This document shows, piece after piece, positions 27,947-36,550 of a DNA stretch of 45,379 bases (position 1 is the stretch's first letter; each line of letters starts with the position of its first letter). The DNA is from a virus (lineage: Duplodnaviria; Caudoviricetes). A program made the position numbers and the translations under genes. The notes under the pieces are model-generated. The model had not been told where the DNA came from. It was given only the letters and a program-made list of their open reading frames with translations, and searched no databases. The stretch lies in IMG/VR virus record IMGVR_UViG_3300037657_000258, positions 1 through 45,379 of that record. One strand, given 5' to 3'.

Positions 27947-28906
27947 GTGGTGTATGAGGGGACCGTGGATAAAGAGACTAAAATTTGGAACTTTCTCACA
28001 ATTATCATTACCTTGATTACCTGCGGTACTCCAATTTTTGTTGTATATGATCTCTATGATCGAGGTACAATTCCACAAAAGCAAATTGAACTTGGCCAGA
28101 CTATGGGACTTGGGATCAATCCATTATATGACCTCAACCTTAAAAGCGCTAATGTTGATTTTAAATTAATTGTGGATGATCAGATATATGACAATGTAAT
28201 TATAAAAAATTTGTCATTCAGAAATTCTGGTAAAGCACCAGTTGTACCTACAGACTATTGTGAGCCAATCACCGTCACAGTTGGCGTTCCTTGGAAAATT
28301 ATCGCAATAGAGAGTGCTCCATTATATGATTTTGTACCAATGAAAATGAAATGGCATCGTATAAATGATCAAATGTTTGAAGCAGAACCCGCACTTATTA
28401 ATCCAGGAGATTTTATTGTACAGAATGTATATTTGACAAATACTAAATACGACAAATCACAGAAAGCTGCGTACTCCAGTGAAGTTAATTTAATGATCAA
28501 TGCTCGTATTACCAACTTAAGTCGCTTTTCTACTGCTCGATCGCCAATCTCTGATTTGAAAAAGTCAACTGGCTTTTGGGGTTATCTTTATGGGTTAGTC
28601 GTCCCATTTAAAATTATACTTGCATCCATTTTTTTATTTTGGTATTTATTTTTGCTGCGCAGAGCTGGTTTTCTTACAATTTTCAATTTAAAGTCCTTAA
28701 GCATTGTTGTCGCAATAGCGATTTTGAGCTTTTCTGTAGCAGAAGTATTCGCGTATTATATATTTATAGGTAATCATCCACTTCGATATTTTGGCAATTA
28801 TTATTTTCTAGGTTGGAAATACAATTGGCAAAACTATATTATCATTTTATTCGGGTGCGCTACAGCCGTTTATCTTATTAGAAAAAAGATACATAGTTCG
28901 AAGTAA
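27947..28906 (+). CDS. AT-rich membrane protein (N-terminal TM, soluble beta domain, 3 C-terminal TMs)
   Basis: 319-aa ORF; hydrophobicity pattern. Confidence 0.7.
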   Translation: MVYEGTVDKETKIWNFLTIIITLITCGTPIFVVYDLYDRGTIPQKQIELGQTMGLGINPLYDLNLKSANVDFKLIVDDQIYDNVIIKNLSFRNSGKAPVVPTDYCEPITVTVGVPWKIIAIESAPLYDFVPMKMKWHRINDQMFEAEPALINPGDFIVQNVYLTNTKYDKSQKAAYSSEVNLMINARITNLSRFSTARSPISDLKKSTGFWGYLYGLVVPFKIILASIFLFWYLFLLRRAGFLTIFNLKSLSIVVAIAILSFSVAEVFAYYIFIGNHPLRYFGNYYFLGWKYNWQNYIIILFGCATAVYLIRKKIHSSK

Positions 28907-28942
28907 AATACTGACGCCTCGCTACTCGGAGTGGTTTATTAT

Positions 28943-29102
28943 AGTGATTGAAAATAACTTGCGTAAGATCAAGTTTTATGTTAACGCATTGGCCAAATCA
29001 TAACAGCAGTCGCTTATAACGAATTTTGTAAAAGGGGCCTTCTAATTTTAAGGATATCAACAGAATACGTGAAAGTGTTGTAATTCCAAGATAATGCAAG
29101 TA
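28943..29102 (+). repeat. ~160-bp imperfect direct repeat, copy 2
   Basis: See copy 1. Confidence 0.9.
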
Positions 29103-29244
29103 GTGTTAATTTCAAAAATCACTGTGAATGAACTTTGAAAATGAGGGTCTTATACCGATCCGCATAACACGACATACAAAAACGTTAATACAAAGATAAG
29201 CCATTAAATTGCTTTGGATTAACGAGATAATGGAACGATTTACA

Positions 29245-29313
29245 GAGGCGTCTTATACGGACAGAAACAAACAACTCCGCATTTTATGCGGAGGCGTCCA
29301 ATTATTGTTAGCT
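29245..29313 (+). other. attI-like integron recombination site
   Basis: ...TCCGCATTTTATGCGGAGGCGTCCAATTATT-GTTAGCT: GTTRRRY-like core with no upstream RYYYAAC partner, heading the first cassette. Confidence 0.65.
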
Positions 29314-29330
29314 ACTTAATTGGGTAAACG

Positions 29331-30569
29331 ATGGACGAAATTTGTACGCAAGTGACCGACTATTATCTAGATTCCGATCGATTCAACGGAACGCCGATCA
29401 AGATGTCGTGGGACAAATCTGTGGTGAGGTCTCACATTGAGACCGGCGATATCGAAGTAGTCGGATCTGGAATGTTTCCCAACCCGCATATTAAGCCATT
29501 TTCAGGTATACCCCTAAGTCGGCAGCTGGAAGAATACGACGCAAATACCGACAACTGTTGCTTGTACCCAGGCAAATCTCTACTGGAAAAGGTAGTAAAT
29601 ATCGAAAATTATGAAGGTCGGCCATACACCAAGCGGCTTGCTCTGGCAGGCGGGCAGCTAGATAGCGTCTTTTTTGAACTATCGGTATTGGAACAATATC
29701 GCAATGATCCTCGTTATTACTATTGGGCAAACGATATTAATGGCCAAGTATGCATACAAGATGATCACTACGAATCAGATGAAATGGATGACAAAGATAA
29801 GGTCCTGCTGGAGACCTTTGGTTTTGGGTTTAATGATTCTTACGAACGCTGTGTGGTCTCCTTGCTGTGGTATGTCTCTGGCTTAAGCAAGGAGCATCAG
29901 CAAATCTGGGCAGCAAAAGAAATCATTAACGGTGATTTTAAGATGCATCCCGATTACTACAGAACCAATATTGTAGGCGATTGGGGCGAACGCCTACCGA
30001 TTTGCGAGGCTTTTATCATGGAGCTATCGGTCATTAACGAAATGGCCTCTAAAATAAATTCTAAAAGATTATTTCGAAATGACTATTCTGGGTCGCGACC
30101 AAAAGAGTTCGCATTTCTTATAAGACCCACTCTGTCCGCTTTTAACTCCTTCATTCTGCTTCTCGACCAAATGATGTCTGAAAATATCGACAAAAAGTTT
30201 TTCGAAGGTGAAATAGCCGACGAATATTACCATGAGCGGGATGACGGAAAGATTGAAGTTAGAAGAAAGGGAACAATAGCGATCCTTGAAGAATGGATTG
30301 ATCGTTATTTTCGGCCCGCAGATGATGGTCCGATAAATGACATGAAGACTGCCTTCAGGAAGGTTCGTAAGTTAAGGCAAAAGCCTGCCCACAGCGTGCA
30401 GGAGGATGTCTTTGATCAAAAGTTCATACAAGATCAAAGGAGAATAATATTAGATGCATATGGCGCAGTTCGAACGCTGCGACAAATATTGACAAATCAC
30501 CCAAAGGTGAGGGCCGATCCTCCGGATATTAACGAACAGCTCTGGAAGGGTGAAATATGGCGCATATAG
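29331..30569 (+). CDS. Cassette 1 protein, 412 aa, C-terminal HEPN-like RxxxxH motif
   Basis: RKVRKLRQKPAH in a helical C-terminus; stop lies within the attC R'' box. Confidence 0.6.
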   Translation: MDEICTQVTDYYLDSDRFNGTPIKMSWDKSVVRSHIETGDIEVVGSGMFPNPHIKPFSGIPLSRQLEEYDANTDNCCLYPGKSLLEKVVNIENYEGRPYTKRLALAGGQLDSVFFELSVLEQYRNDPRYYYWANDINGQVCIQDDHYESDEMDDKDKVLLETFGFGFNDSYERCVVSLLWYVSGLSKEHQQIWAAKEIINGDFKMHPDYYRTNIVGDWGERLPICEAFIMELSVINEMASKINSKRLFRNDYSGSRPKEFAFLIRPTLSAFNSFILLLDQMMSENIDKKFFEGEIADEYYHERDDGKIEVRRKGTIAILEEWIDRYFRPADDGPINDMKTAFRKVRKLRQKPAHSVQEDVFDQKFIQDQRRIILDAYGAVRTLRQILTNHPKVRADPPDINEQLWKGEIWRI

Positions 30570-30624
30570 CTAACAATTCGGTTTACACGGACGCCTGCGG
30601 CGCCGGCGACCTTTGGCGTTAGGT
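30568..30624 (+). other. attC site 1
   Basis: AGCTAAC...CGG(A)CGCC-TGC-GGCGCCG...GTTAGGT, 57 bp. Confidence 0.88.
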
Positions 30625-30650
30625 GAATACTATAAGCTTGGAGGAAAATC

Positions 30651-31100
30651 ATGAGTATAGATGATTTCTTTGAAAAAATTGATCAGGATATTGAATCAAT
30701 AGATGCAAAAAACAAAGCTCACGTCGATAAAATGGAAAAATTGGAATTATTTTTGGATAAGGCAATTCAGGACATCGCGCCTAATTTAAGACAATATGAA
30801 CAATATCTCAAAGATAAAAATATCAACTACAAGCTTAGCATTAACAGACTAAGTTTCTCTTTAATAATGTATTACAAAGATGGCGGTCATAGTGGAATTA
30901 TTTTTGGCCAAGAAAGGCTTTCAAGGGATCCTTATTATACATTTATGAGCACATTTACCAACGAGGACGGCAAAAATTATATAGCTACTAACGCAGTGCC
31001 AATTACCGAAAATAATTGGAGTATCGAGTTGATTAACAATGAGATTCAAAAAGCAATTAAGGATTTTCTGTTTTACGCAAGTCGCCACGGAGGTTTTTGA
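30651..31100 (+). CDS. Cassette 2 hypothetical protein
   Basis: GGAGG RBS; fills the cassette exactly. Confidence 0.75.
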   Translation: MSIDDFFEKIDQDIESIDAKNKAHVDKMEKLELFLDKAIQDIAPNLRQYEQYLKDKNINYKLSINRLSFSLIMYYKDGGHSGIIFGQERLSRDPYYTFMSTFTNEDGKNYIATNAVPITENNWSIELINNEIQKAIKDFLFYASRHGGF

Positions 31101-31104
31101 GCTC

Positions 31105-31165
31105 ACCTAACAAGGCTATTTCAGCCGACGCTAAATATCCACGCGGTTGATTAGCAGGGTTAGCC
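31105..31165 (+). other. attC site 2
   Basis: ACCTAAC...TCAGCCG(A)CG-loop-CGCGGTTGA...GTTAGCC, 61 bp. Confidence 0.88.
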
Positions 31166-31207
31166 CCGTTGAGATAGCAATTACAACTAAAGTCACGAGG
31201 TATCGCC

Positions 31208-31633
31208 ATGTTGATGAAATTGATCTTACTTTTTCTGATGATCATCTATTTCCCCGGTCAAGTTTTTGGTGGAGAGGTTATTATTGCAACCGAAGTTGAA
31301 AGTTGTTTCTACGCTGATGGGAAAATGGAATGTTCAAAAGGACAATTTAAGAATACCTATTATCGAGACGGCGATAAGATAATTCGAACCAATGTATTTA
31401 ACAGGAACAAAAAGGAGTCAATATCGGACAATACGGTTTATTCTGTAATCGGAGACCTACTCTCTGACCCGAGACATAATGATGGTAAACTTGGGCCACA
31501 AGTTATCAGAGCAATCGGGCTTCCAGGTGCAGATGCCGTTGAACTATTAACCATCGGAAAGGATTTCGTACAAGCGGTCAAATCAACATCCGACTATTTT
31601 GTAATTACCCGTTATAAGATTTCTCCAGAGTAA
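31208..31633 (+). CDS. Cassette 3 secreted/periplasmic protein
   Basis: GAGG RBS; signal-peptide-like N-terminus; Cys pair. Confidence 0.75.
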   Translation: MLMKLILLFLMIIYFPGQVFGGEVIIATEVESCFYADGKMECSKGQFKNTYYRDGDKIIRTNVFNRNKKESISDNTVYSVIGDLLSDPRHNDGKLGPQVIRAIGLPGADAVELLTIGKDFVQAVKSTSDYFVITRYKISPE

Positions 31634-31638
31634 TTTTG

Positions 31639-31696
31639 GGCTAACAAGCCACTTCTGCGGCTTCGCTTCCCTCGCCGCGGAATGGCCAAGAACAGG
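31639..31696 (+). other. attC site 3 with non-canonical R' (G|AACAGG)
   Basis: GGCTAAC, stem GCCA(C)TTCTGCGGC/GCCGCGGAATGGC; GTT replaced by GAA at the expected spacing. Confidence 0.75.
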
Positions 31697-31755
31697 AAAA
31701 ATCAAGCTAACCCACTACCTAAGAACGCTCAAAATAGGTTGTTTCACAAGTAAAT

Positions 31756-31846
31756 CCCCCCCCATGGTCAAAATTGCGGCCGTAAGATTTGGGGCAAGGC
31801 GGTCGGTACCCATTTTTCGGCATAGAGATTTTGCCCCCCCTACCCC
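31756..31846 (-). other. Probable cos packaging site region
   Basis: - strand GGGGTAGGGGGGGCAAAATCTCTA...GACCGCCTTGCCCC downstream of HNH, resembling cos regions of HNH/P27-terS phages. Confidence 0.6.
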
Positions 31847-31857
31847 ACTGAACGCCA

Positions 31858-31908
31858 TTCAGTGAATGACATTCAGTGAACGCGGTTCAGTGAATTTGAT
31901 TCAGTGAA
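31858..31908. repeat. Four TTCAGTGAA quasi-palindromes with 14-bp period
   Basis: Copies start at 31858, 31872, 31886, 31900. Confidence 0.9.
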
Positions 31909-32315
31909 TCACGTTCATTACTTTTTACCCCATGTTTGCCTGTTTCTGTTGCCGACTTGCGATTATGACAAGACAGACAAAGCGATTGCCAGTTATCACG
32001 CGACCAAAACAGTTTTTTATCGCCTTTATGCGGGATGATATGATCGACAACCACGGCCGGAACCTTAAGCCGACGCTTCAAACATTCATTACATAGTGGA
32101 TGTTTACGGAGCCAACCAACCCGGGCCTCTCGCCACTTGCGCGAGTACCCACGCTTTGCGGCCGTTGGCCTTGTTTCGTCAAATCGTTTGCGGGCTTGCG
32201 TCGCCCGCTGTTTCTCGTATTCTGTTTCTTTATGCTTGTGCTGGTCGCAATAACGGCCCCGGGTTAAGGCCGAACAACCCGGGGCCAGGCATGGGCGCAA
32301 TGGCCTTATAGGCAT
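31887..32315 (-). CDS. HNH endonuclease (packaging cofactor, HK97 gp74-like)
   Basis: RGYSRKW, HPLCNEC, VVDHIIPHKGD, NWQSLCLSCHNRK. Confidence 0.93.
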   Translation of the reverse strand: MPIRPLRPCLAPGCSALTRGRYCDQHKHKETEYEKQRATQARKRFDETRPTAAKRGYSRKWREARVGWLRKHPLCNECLKRRLKVPAVVVDHIIPHKGDKKLFWSRDNWQSLCLSCHNRKSATETGKHGVKSNERDSLNQIH

Positions 32316-32866
32316 AACTGAAAAATACCTTGGCCATTGTCTTGAGGCTTTGCCCGCATGTAAAACGGCGTGAACTTATGCTTGGTATGCAACAGGCCGG
32401 ACAGTAATGTTTTTTGCCCCGTGGTTACCGCTTGACCCCGCCGGGCTTTGACTTGAACCACTGCCCAAATATGTTCAATGGTTTTGAGCTTGGCCTTGTC
32501 AATATGCTTCTTGGCCGTTGTGCTATTGATACCAAGCAAGGCCGCCACTTCCCGTAAGGTCAAGCGCCGCCAGTAATACAGGTTGAGCGCCGCGTATTGA
32601 AGCAATGTCAGCTTGACGTTGGCTACAAGCCAGCGCCAGTCTTGGCCGGTCAGGGCCGGGCTTTGGCCGGTCATATCGGCCCAACCTGTTTCGTGGAACT
32701 CGCCGTTTTCGTCTCGGTATATCTCGACCGGCCCGGGGTGCTGTACTGTCTGGTCACGGAGATAAATCGCGCCGGGGAATGTCCCGTGGTCTTGGTTGAC
32801 GTATTGTTCGGCCGCGTTACACAGGGCCGTGCAAGTGGCCCGATCTTTACAGGTTTTGCAAAGCAT
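32306..32866 (-). CDS. Sigma70 region-4-like HTH late regulator with N-terminal Cys cluster
   Basis: LTLREVAALLGINSTTAKKHI; directly upstream of the late genes. Confidence 0.65.
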   Translation of the reverse strand: MLCKTCKDRATCTALCNAAEQYVNQDHGTFPGAIYLRDQTVQHPGPVEIYRDENGEFHETGWADMTGQSPALTGQDWRWLVANVKLTLLQYAALNLYYWRRLTLREVAALLGINSTTAKKHIDKAKLKTIEHIWAVVQVKARRGQAVTTGQKTLLSGLLHTKHKFTPFYMRAKPQDNGQGIFQLCL

Positions 32867-33089
32867 TGGTCCACCTCATGACACCGTAAATAGTAATTGC
32901 CAAATAGATAGTAAACAGAAAGGCTTGCATCCGTTGGCCTATTGACCAGTTATAGGTTGCCCAACCGGCGTTTGCTATAATCCAACTGACATGACCCGCT
33001 ACGGTTAAGTCAGTGCGGCCGGTGGCCACCATGACAGCTCCAGACAGGCTCAGGAGTAGTAGACAGAACAGAACTATATCTAAGGTCAT
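32847..33089 (-). CDS. Small membrane protein
   Basis: Three hydrophobic segments; overlaps both neighbours. Confidence 0.6.
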   Translation of the reverse strand: MTLDIVLFCLLLLSLSGAVMVATGRTDLTVAGHVSWIIANAGWATYNWSIGQRMQAFLFTIYLAITIYGVMRWTNALQNL

Positions 33090-33580
33090 GCCTTCCCCCT
33101 TTCTTTAACCCACTGTTTAAGCGTAAAGGCCGCTATGTGAAGCGCATCGGCCCGCCCATCGTCTTTTTGTCGTTTGAGCTTGCCGGCCGCATCGGGAAAC
33201 ATCCGCCTGGCCGCTGAAAGCGAACGTTCCTTTGTGTTCTTGCCTTCAGACTTGGTTAGCGCCTCTTTTTGCCAGGCTTGCGGGGAATAGAGCCGGGTAT
33301 CAATCCCTCTGTCATGCAGCATGGCCCGCCAAACGCCATAGTTTCCCCCCAGGCTGAAATTACCCTTGCATCCGTTAAGTGAGTTCGCATGGACGTGTTC
33401 AAGGCCGACAACGGCAATCTGAGTGTATTTGGTGCGGAGTTCATCCAACAGGCCGCCGACTAAAAGCGTGTCACCCGGGAAGTCGATCATGTCAACCATT
33501 TGCCAGTTACTATTTAGAATGGCGATTGCGCCGTTTATGCCCGGGTCAATCCCTGCTACAAGAAAATCGTTCATATTCAC
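33086..33580 (-). CDS. RuvC-like Holliday junction resolvase
   Basis: GIDPGINGAIA, LEHV, PQAWQK, DGRADAL. Confidence 0.85.
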   Translation of the reverse strand: MNMNDFLVAGIDPGINGAIAILNSNWQMVDMIDFPGDTLLVGGLLDELRTKYTQIAVVGLEHVHANSLNGCKGNFSLGGNYGVWRAMLHDRGIDTRLYSPQAWQKEALTKSEGKNTKERSLSAARRMFPDAAGKLKRQKDDGRADALHIAAFTLKQWVKERGKA

Positions 33581-33602
33581 CCCTTTTAACTTATTTAGGC
33601 TT

Positions 33603-33957
33603 AAACCCGCCGAAACCCGCCGACACTTTTTGTCGGCAGGTTTTCACAATGTTTTCTGTCCTGATTTTGTTGTTATATGTTGATTTTGCTTTAACAGAGC
33701 TTTTTGATTGTAACAAAACCCGCCGACAGCCTTGTCGGCGGGTTTTTGCGGGGCCGGTATCCGTATTTTATTAATAATATATAAGAGATATATATTTAAT
33801 AAAATAAACCCGCCGACAGATAGGCAGGGGGGCACACCCCGCCACAGGCCCCCCCACCCCCCTTTTTTGTCGGCGGGTTTTGTAACCTGTTGTTTATCAG
33901 CAATAAAAGGCCGAAAAACCCGCCGACAAAGTTGTCGGCAGGTTGTCGGCAGGTTTC
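33603..33957. promoter_or_regulatory. Putative replication origin with iterons
   Basis: About 10 copies of AACC(C/T)GCCGA(CA) in both orientations around an AT-rich tract, directly downstream of the prim-pol gene. Confidence 0.75.
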
Positions 33958-36038
33958 TACTTAAGCAGTCCATAAATCATCGTTTCGGGGCCGCGTGCGG
34001 GCGTATGCCAGGCTTCGGCAATATCGCCCGCCAAGATTGCGGTGTTAAGGACTTCATCCAACTGCTTACTTGTCAGGCCGCGCACACCCTTAATCAGTTC
34101 TCGCTTTGTCGCGCCGGGCTTGGCCTTGGTCGCCACGTTGGCAATGACCTTAAGGATACGTCTTCGTAGTTGATCCAGTTCATTGACTGATATGTTGCGC
34201 TCGATCTGATTCACCATGGCCGGGATGATATAGTCCACCAGAGCCGCCGCCTTCTGCACGTCGTCAATGGTCACTTGCCCTTGCCAGATGTTAGCCCCGA
34301 CTCGGGACACGGCATAAATCAGGGCCAGCTTGTGGCAGTGCTCGGCCGCTCGGCCATAGATAGCCGCTCTGCCGTCCTCAGACTTACGGTATTGGTTACG
34401 GAGCGTGAACCAGGTCAAAGCCCACTGGTCAAACCAGGCCGCCGCGTCCGGCGTCTTACAGACGACCACAGGGGCCGGGGCGGACAGGTTGCCGCCCGAC
34501 TTTGGCGGATCAAGGTAGTTTAGGGCCTTGATTGCATCCACAAGCCATGGGGCCGGTGCGAATGTTCGCGGTGGCCGGGGCATGGGCGGTTCATGGTCGG
34601 ACTCCAGAATCAGAACGCGGGCCAGAAACCCGTCTGTCACGTCGCCATAGGTCAGGGTTTCCCAAAACCGTTCAGGCGAGCCGGTCGCGTAAAGGCTTAA
34701 ATGGTGCCACAACAGGACTATGTTTTGCTTGCTATCCGCATAGTTCTTTATCTCCGATCTGTCAGTTGAGGAAAAAAGGCCCTTGAGTATTCTTGGTATG
34801 TCGGCCTTGGGGTCGCGGGGATTCTTGAGGCCCGCCATTATGTCGCCTATTTCGTCCAACAAGGCGATCTGCCGTTCATGGGGCGGCATTAGACCGGTCA
34901 GTAGGGCCGCGCCGCTGGTAATATGGTTCGGTCCAACCAGGTCAGTGCCGCCGGCCGGGGCCAGCAGCTTCTTGACGGCCGACAACGGGGCGTCTTTGCC
35001 AGTGCCGGAATCCGCCAGGCTGATTATGTACAGGTTGGTTCTCAGGCCGGTTTCAGTCATGATCTTTTGGCCGACCAGTGTCCCGATCAGAGCCAGGGCC
35101 GCGCCAAGGTTGAACAGCGGGAAACTGGCCGCGGAACTTTCGTCAATGAAGGTCATTATCTCTTGGAGCAATCCCCCGGGGTTGAGCAAGGCCGGGGGCG
35201 GGCCGGTTTGGGTTATCGCTTCGGGAACGTGAAGTTCCTCGGCCTCAAAAACAGGCTGGCCTATGGGCTGGCCGGTATTCCTAACGTGGGTCTGGCAGAT
35301 TGACCTAACAGTTTGCTCGACTTCGGACTGGCCAAGGGGGGGCTGGCATTTGTCATTCCAGGCCCCGGCCATAAGCAATATTTCGTCAATACTTAGGCCC
35401 TTGGCCACCCATGAGCCGACCAGGCGGGCCAGGGTGTCATTGCGGCTTCCCTGGGCCACTGGATCACATGACAGGGCGGGCCTTACTCCAGTCAGGTCTA
35501 CTTGCAGGTTGCCTCCTGGGGCCGCCTGGGAAGCCTTGGCGGGCGAGATATAGCCGGGCCAATCAGTCAGGCCGTCCCAACCGTAAAGACCCTCGGTGAA
35601 TACCCATTGATAGACATGGCCGGATTCGTGGACACTTGGAGCCGCAACGATATATCCGCCGTCGCCTCTAACATCGACTTCGGGCGCCAGGCGGCCACGG
35701 TTGCCAATGGCCAGGTCACCGCCCGGGTGCTTGTAAATGGCATGAATCCCCTTAGCCGTCTTTTGATAGACGGACGTTCGGGGCAGGTTGTCGATTATCC
35801 ATTGTTGGCCGGTCGGGCCGTCAGCGTCTACTACTACCAGGCCCGAAACGGCCCCAGTGATAATTGCCACGTTGGCCGATGGAAATTCTTCCCACCAGGC
35901 GTAAATTTCTTCACTGGTTGCCGGTTCGGTTTGGTATTTCTCCCACTTGACAAACGGGCGCTTGGTATCACGCCGTACCGGTATAACGGAGAACCCTTGG
36001 TCCGCATACTCAAGGGCCGCGTCAAGACAGGTTAACAA
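33957..36038 (-). CDS. Bifunctional primase-polymerase with PriCT and DUF3987-like ATPase/helicase domain
   Basis: VVVDAD, DVRGDGGYIVAAPSVH, GSRNDTL, ADSGTGKD, LLDEIG, DGFLAR. Confidence 0.9.
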   Translation of the reverse strand: MLTCLDAALEYADQGFSVIPVRRDTKRPFVKWEKYQTEPATSEEIYAWWEEFPSANVAIITGAVSGLVVVDADGPTGQQWIIDNLPRTSVYQKTAKGIHAIYKHPGGDLAIGNRGRLAPEVDVRGDGGYIVAAPSVHESGHVYQWVFTEGLYGWDGLTDWPGYISPAKASQAAPGGNLQVDLTGVRPALSCDPVAQGSRNDTLARLVGSWVAKGLSIDEILLMAGAWNDKCQPPLGQSEVEQTVRSICQTHVRNTGQPIGQPVFEAEELHVPEAITQTGPPPALLNPGGLLQEIMTFIDESSAASFPLFNLGAALALIGTLVGQKIMTETGLRTNLYIISLADSGTGKDAPLSAVKKLLAPAGGTDLVGPNHITSGAALLTGLMPPHERQIALLDEIGDIMAGLKNPRDPKADIPRILKGLFSSTDRSEIKNYADSKQNIVLLWHHLSLYATGSPERFWETLTYGDVTDGFLARVLILESDHEPPMPRPPRTFAPAPWLVDAIKALNYLDPPKSGGNLSAPAPVVVCKTPDAAAWFDQWALTWFTLRNQYRKSEDGRAAIYGRAAEHCHKLALIYAVSRVGANIWQGQVTIDDVQKAAALVDYIIPAMVNQIERNISVNELDQLRRRILKVIANVATKAKPGATKRELIKGVRGLTSKQLDEVLNTAILAGDIAEAWHTPARGPETMIYGLLK

Positions 36039-36049
36039 GTATTTACCGC

Positions 36050-36217
36050 CTAATTGTTATTCGGCTTGAACGTGGGGCATTTGCTTCCGGCATTTGCGGG
36101 CATGAGCCTCAAGTAAAAATCGCACCAACGCAAGGCCGCCGCCGGTTCGCCTTTCTTGAGGCCGCCGCCCCATCGTTTACAGTCCTTGCAGGATTTTTGC
36201 TTGGTCTGGTCTGTCAT
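36050..36217 (-). CDS. Small Cys-containing hypothetical protein (55 aa)
   Basis: Manual translation MTDQTKQKSCKDCKRW...; GGGGGTG RBS. Confidence 0.45.
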   Translation of the reverse strand: MTDQTKQKSCKDCKRWGGGLKKGEPAAALRWCDFYLRLMPANAGSKCPTFKPNNN

Positions 36218-36232
36218 GACAGCACACCCCCC

Positions 36233-36550
36233 TTAATCGTCCAGCAACGGACAGCCGTCGCCAGGCGTGAAGTATGTTCCTGTGCAGACGTGGTAAGGGC
36301 AACACGAGAAAATATCGCAGGCTTTTGAACATTCCCCATTTAGGCCAGTTCTGGCTTTAAAAGTGATGGTTCGGGTTGCTTTGCGCCATTTGCTATAAAT
36401 GATTCTTTTTTCCGGGGCCGCCGTCCGATAGCTGAGACATGCACGGACACACCATTTTTTACAGGGGTTCACGCATTTATTACACAGTGACAATTTATGG
36501 AGTATCTGTTCAGGCATGGTCCACCTTTCGCAAGTTGCCGCACGGGACAA
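36233..36550 (-). CDS. Cys-rich hypothetical protein
   Basis: ORF within the early operon; start uncertain. Confidence 0.45.
   Translation of the reverse strand: MSRAATCERWTMPEQILHKLSLCNKCVNPCKKWCVRACLSYRTAAPEKRIIYSKWRKATRTITFKARTGLNGECSKACDIFSCCPYHVCTGTYFTPGDGCPLLDD

Larger units (their letters stand above)
29307..31690 (+). mobile_element. Integron gene cassette array (3 cassettes), no intI in window
   Basis: Each cassette's opening core is the reverse complement of its closing core: GTTAGCTA/TAGCTAAC, GTTAGGTGA/TCACCTAAC, GTTAGCCC/GGGCTAAC. Confidence 0.9.

Noticed and set aside
28907-28945. attC after the 319-aa membrane gene
   Set aside because: CTGACGCCTCGCTACTCGG is faintly attC-like, but there is no RYYYAAC/GTTRRRY pair matching the gene's start; at most a remnant.
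33644-34169. ORFs 33644-33973 (-) and 33732-34169 (+)
   Set aside because: Their translations merely reflect the iteron repeats or lie antisense to prim-pol; likely non-coding origin DNA.
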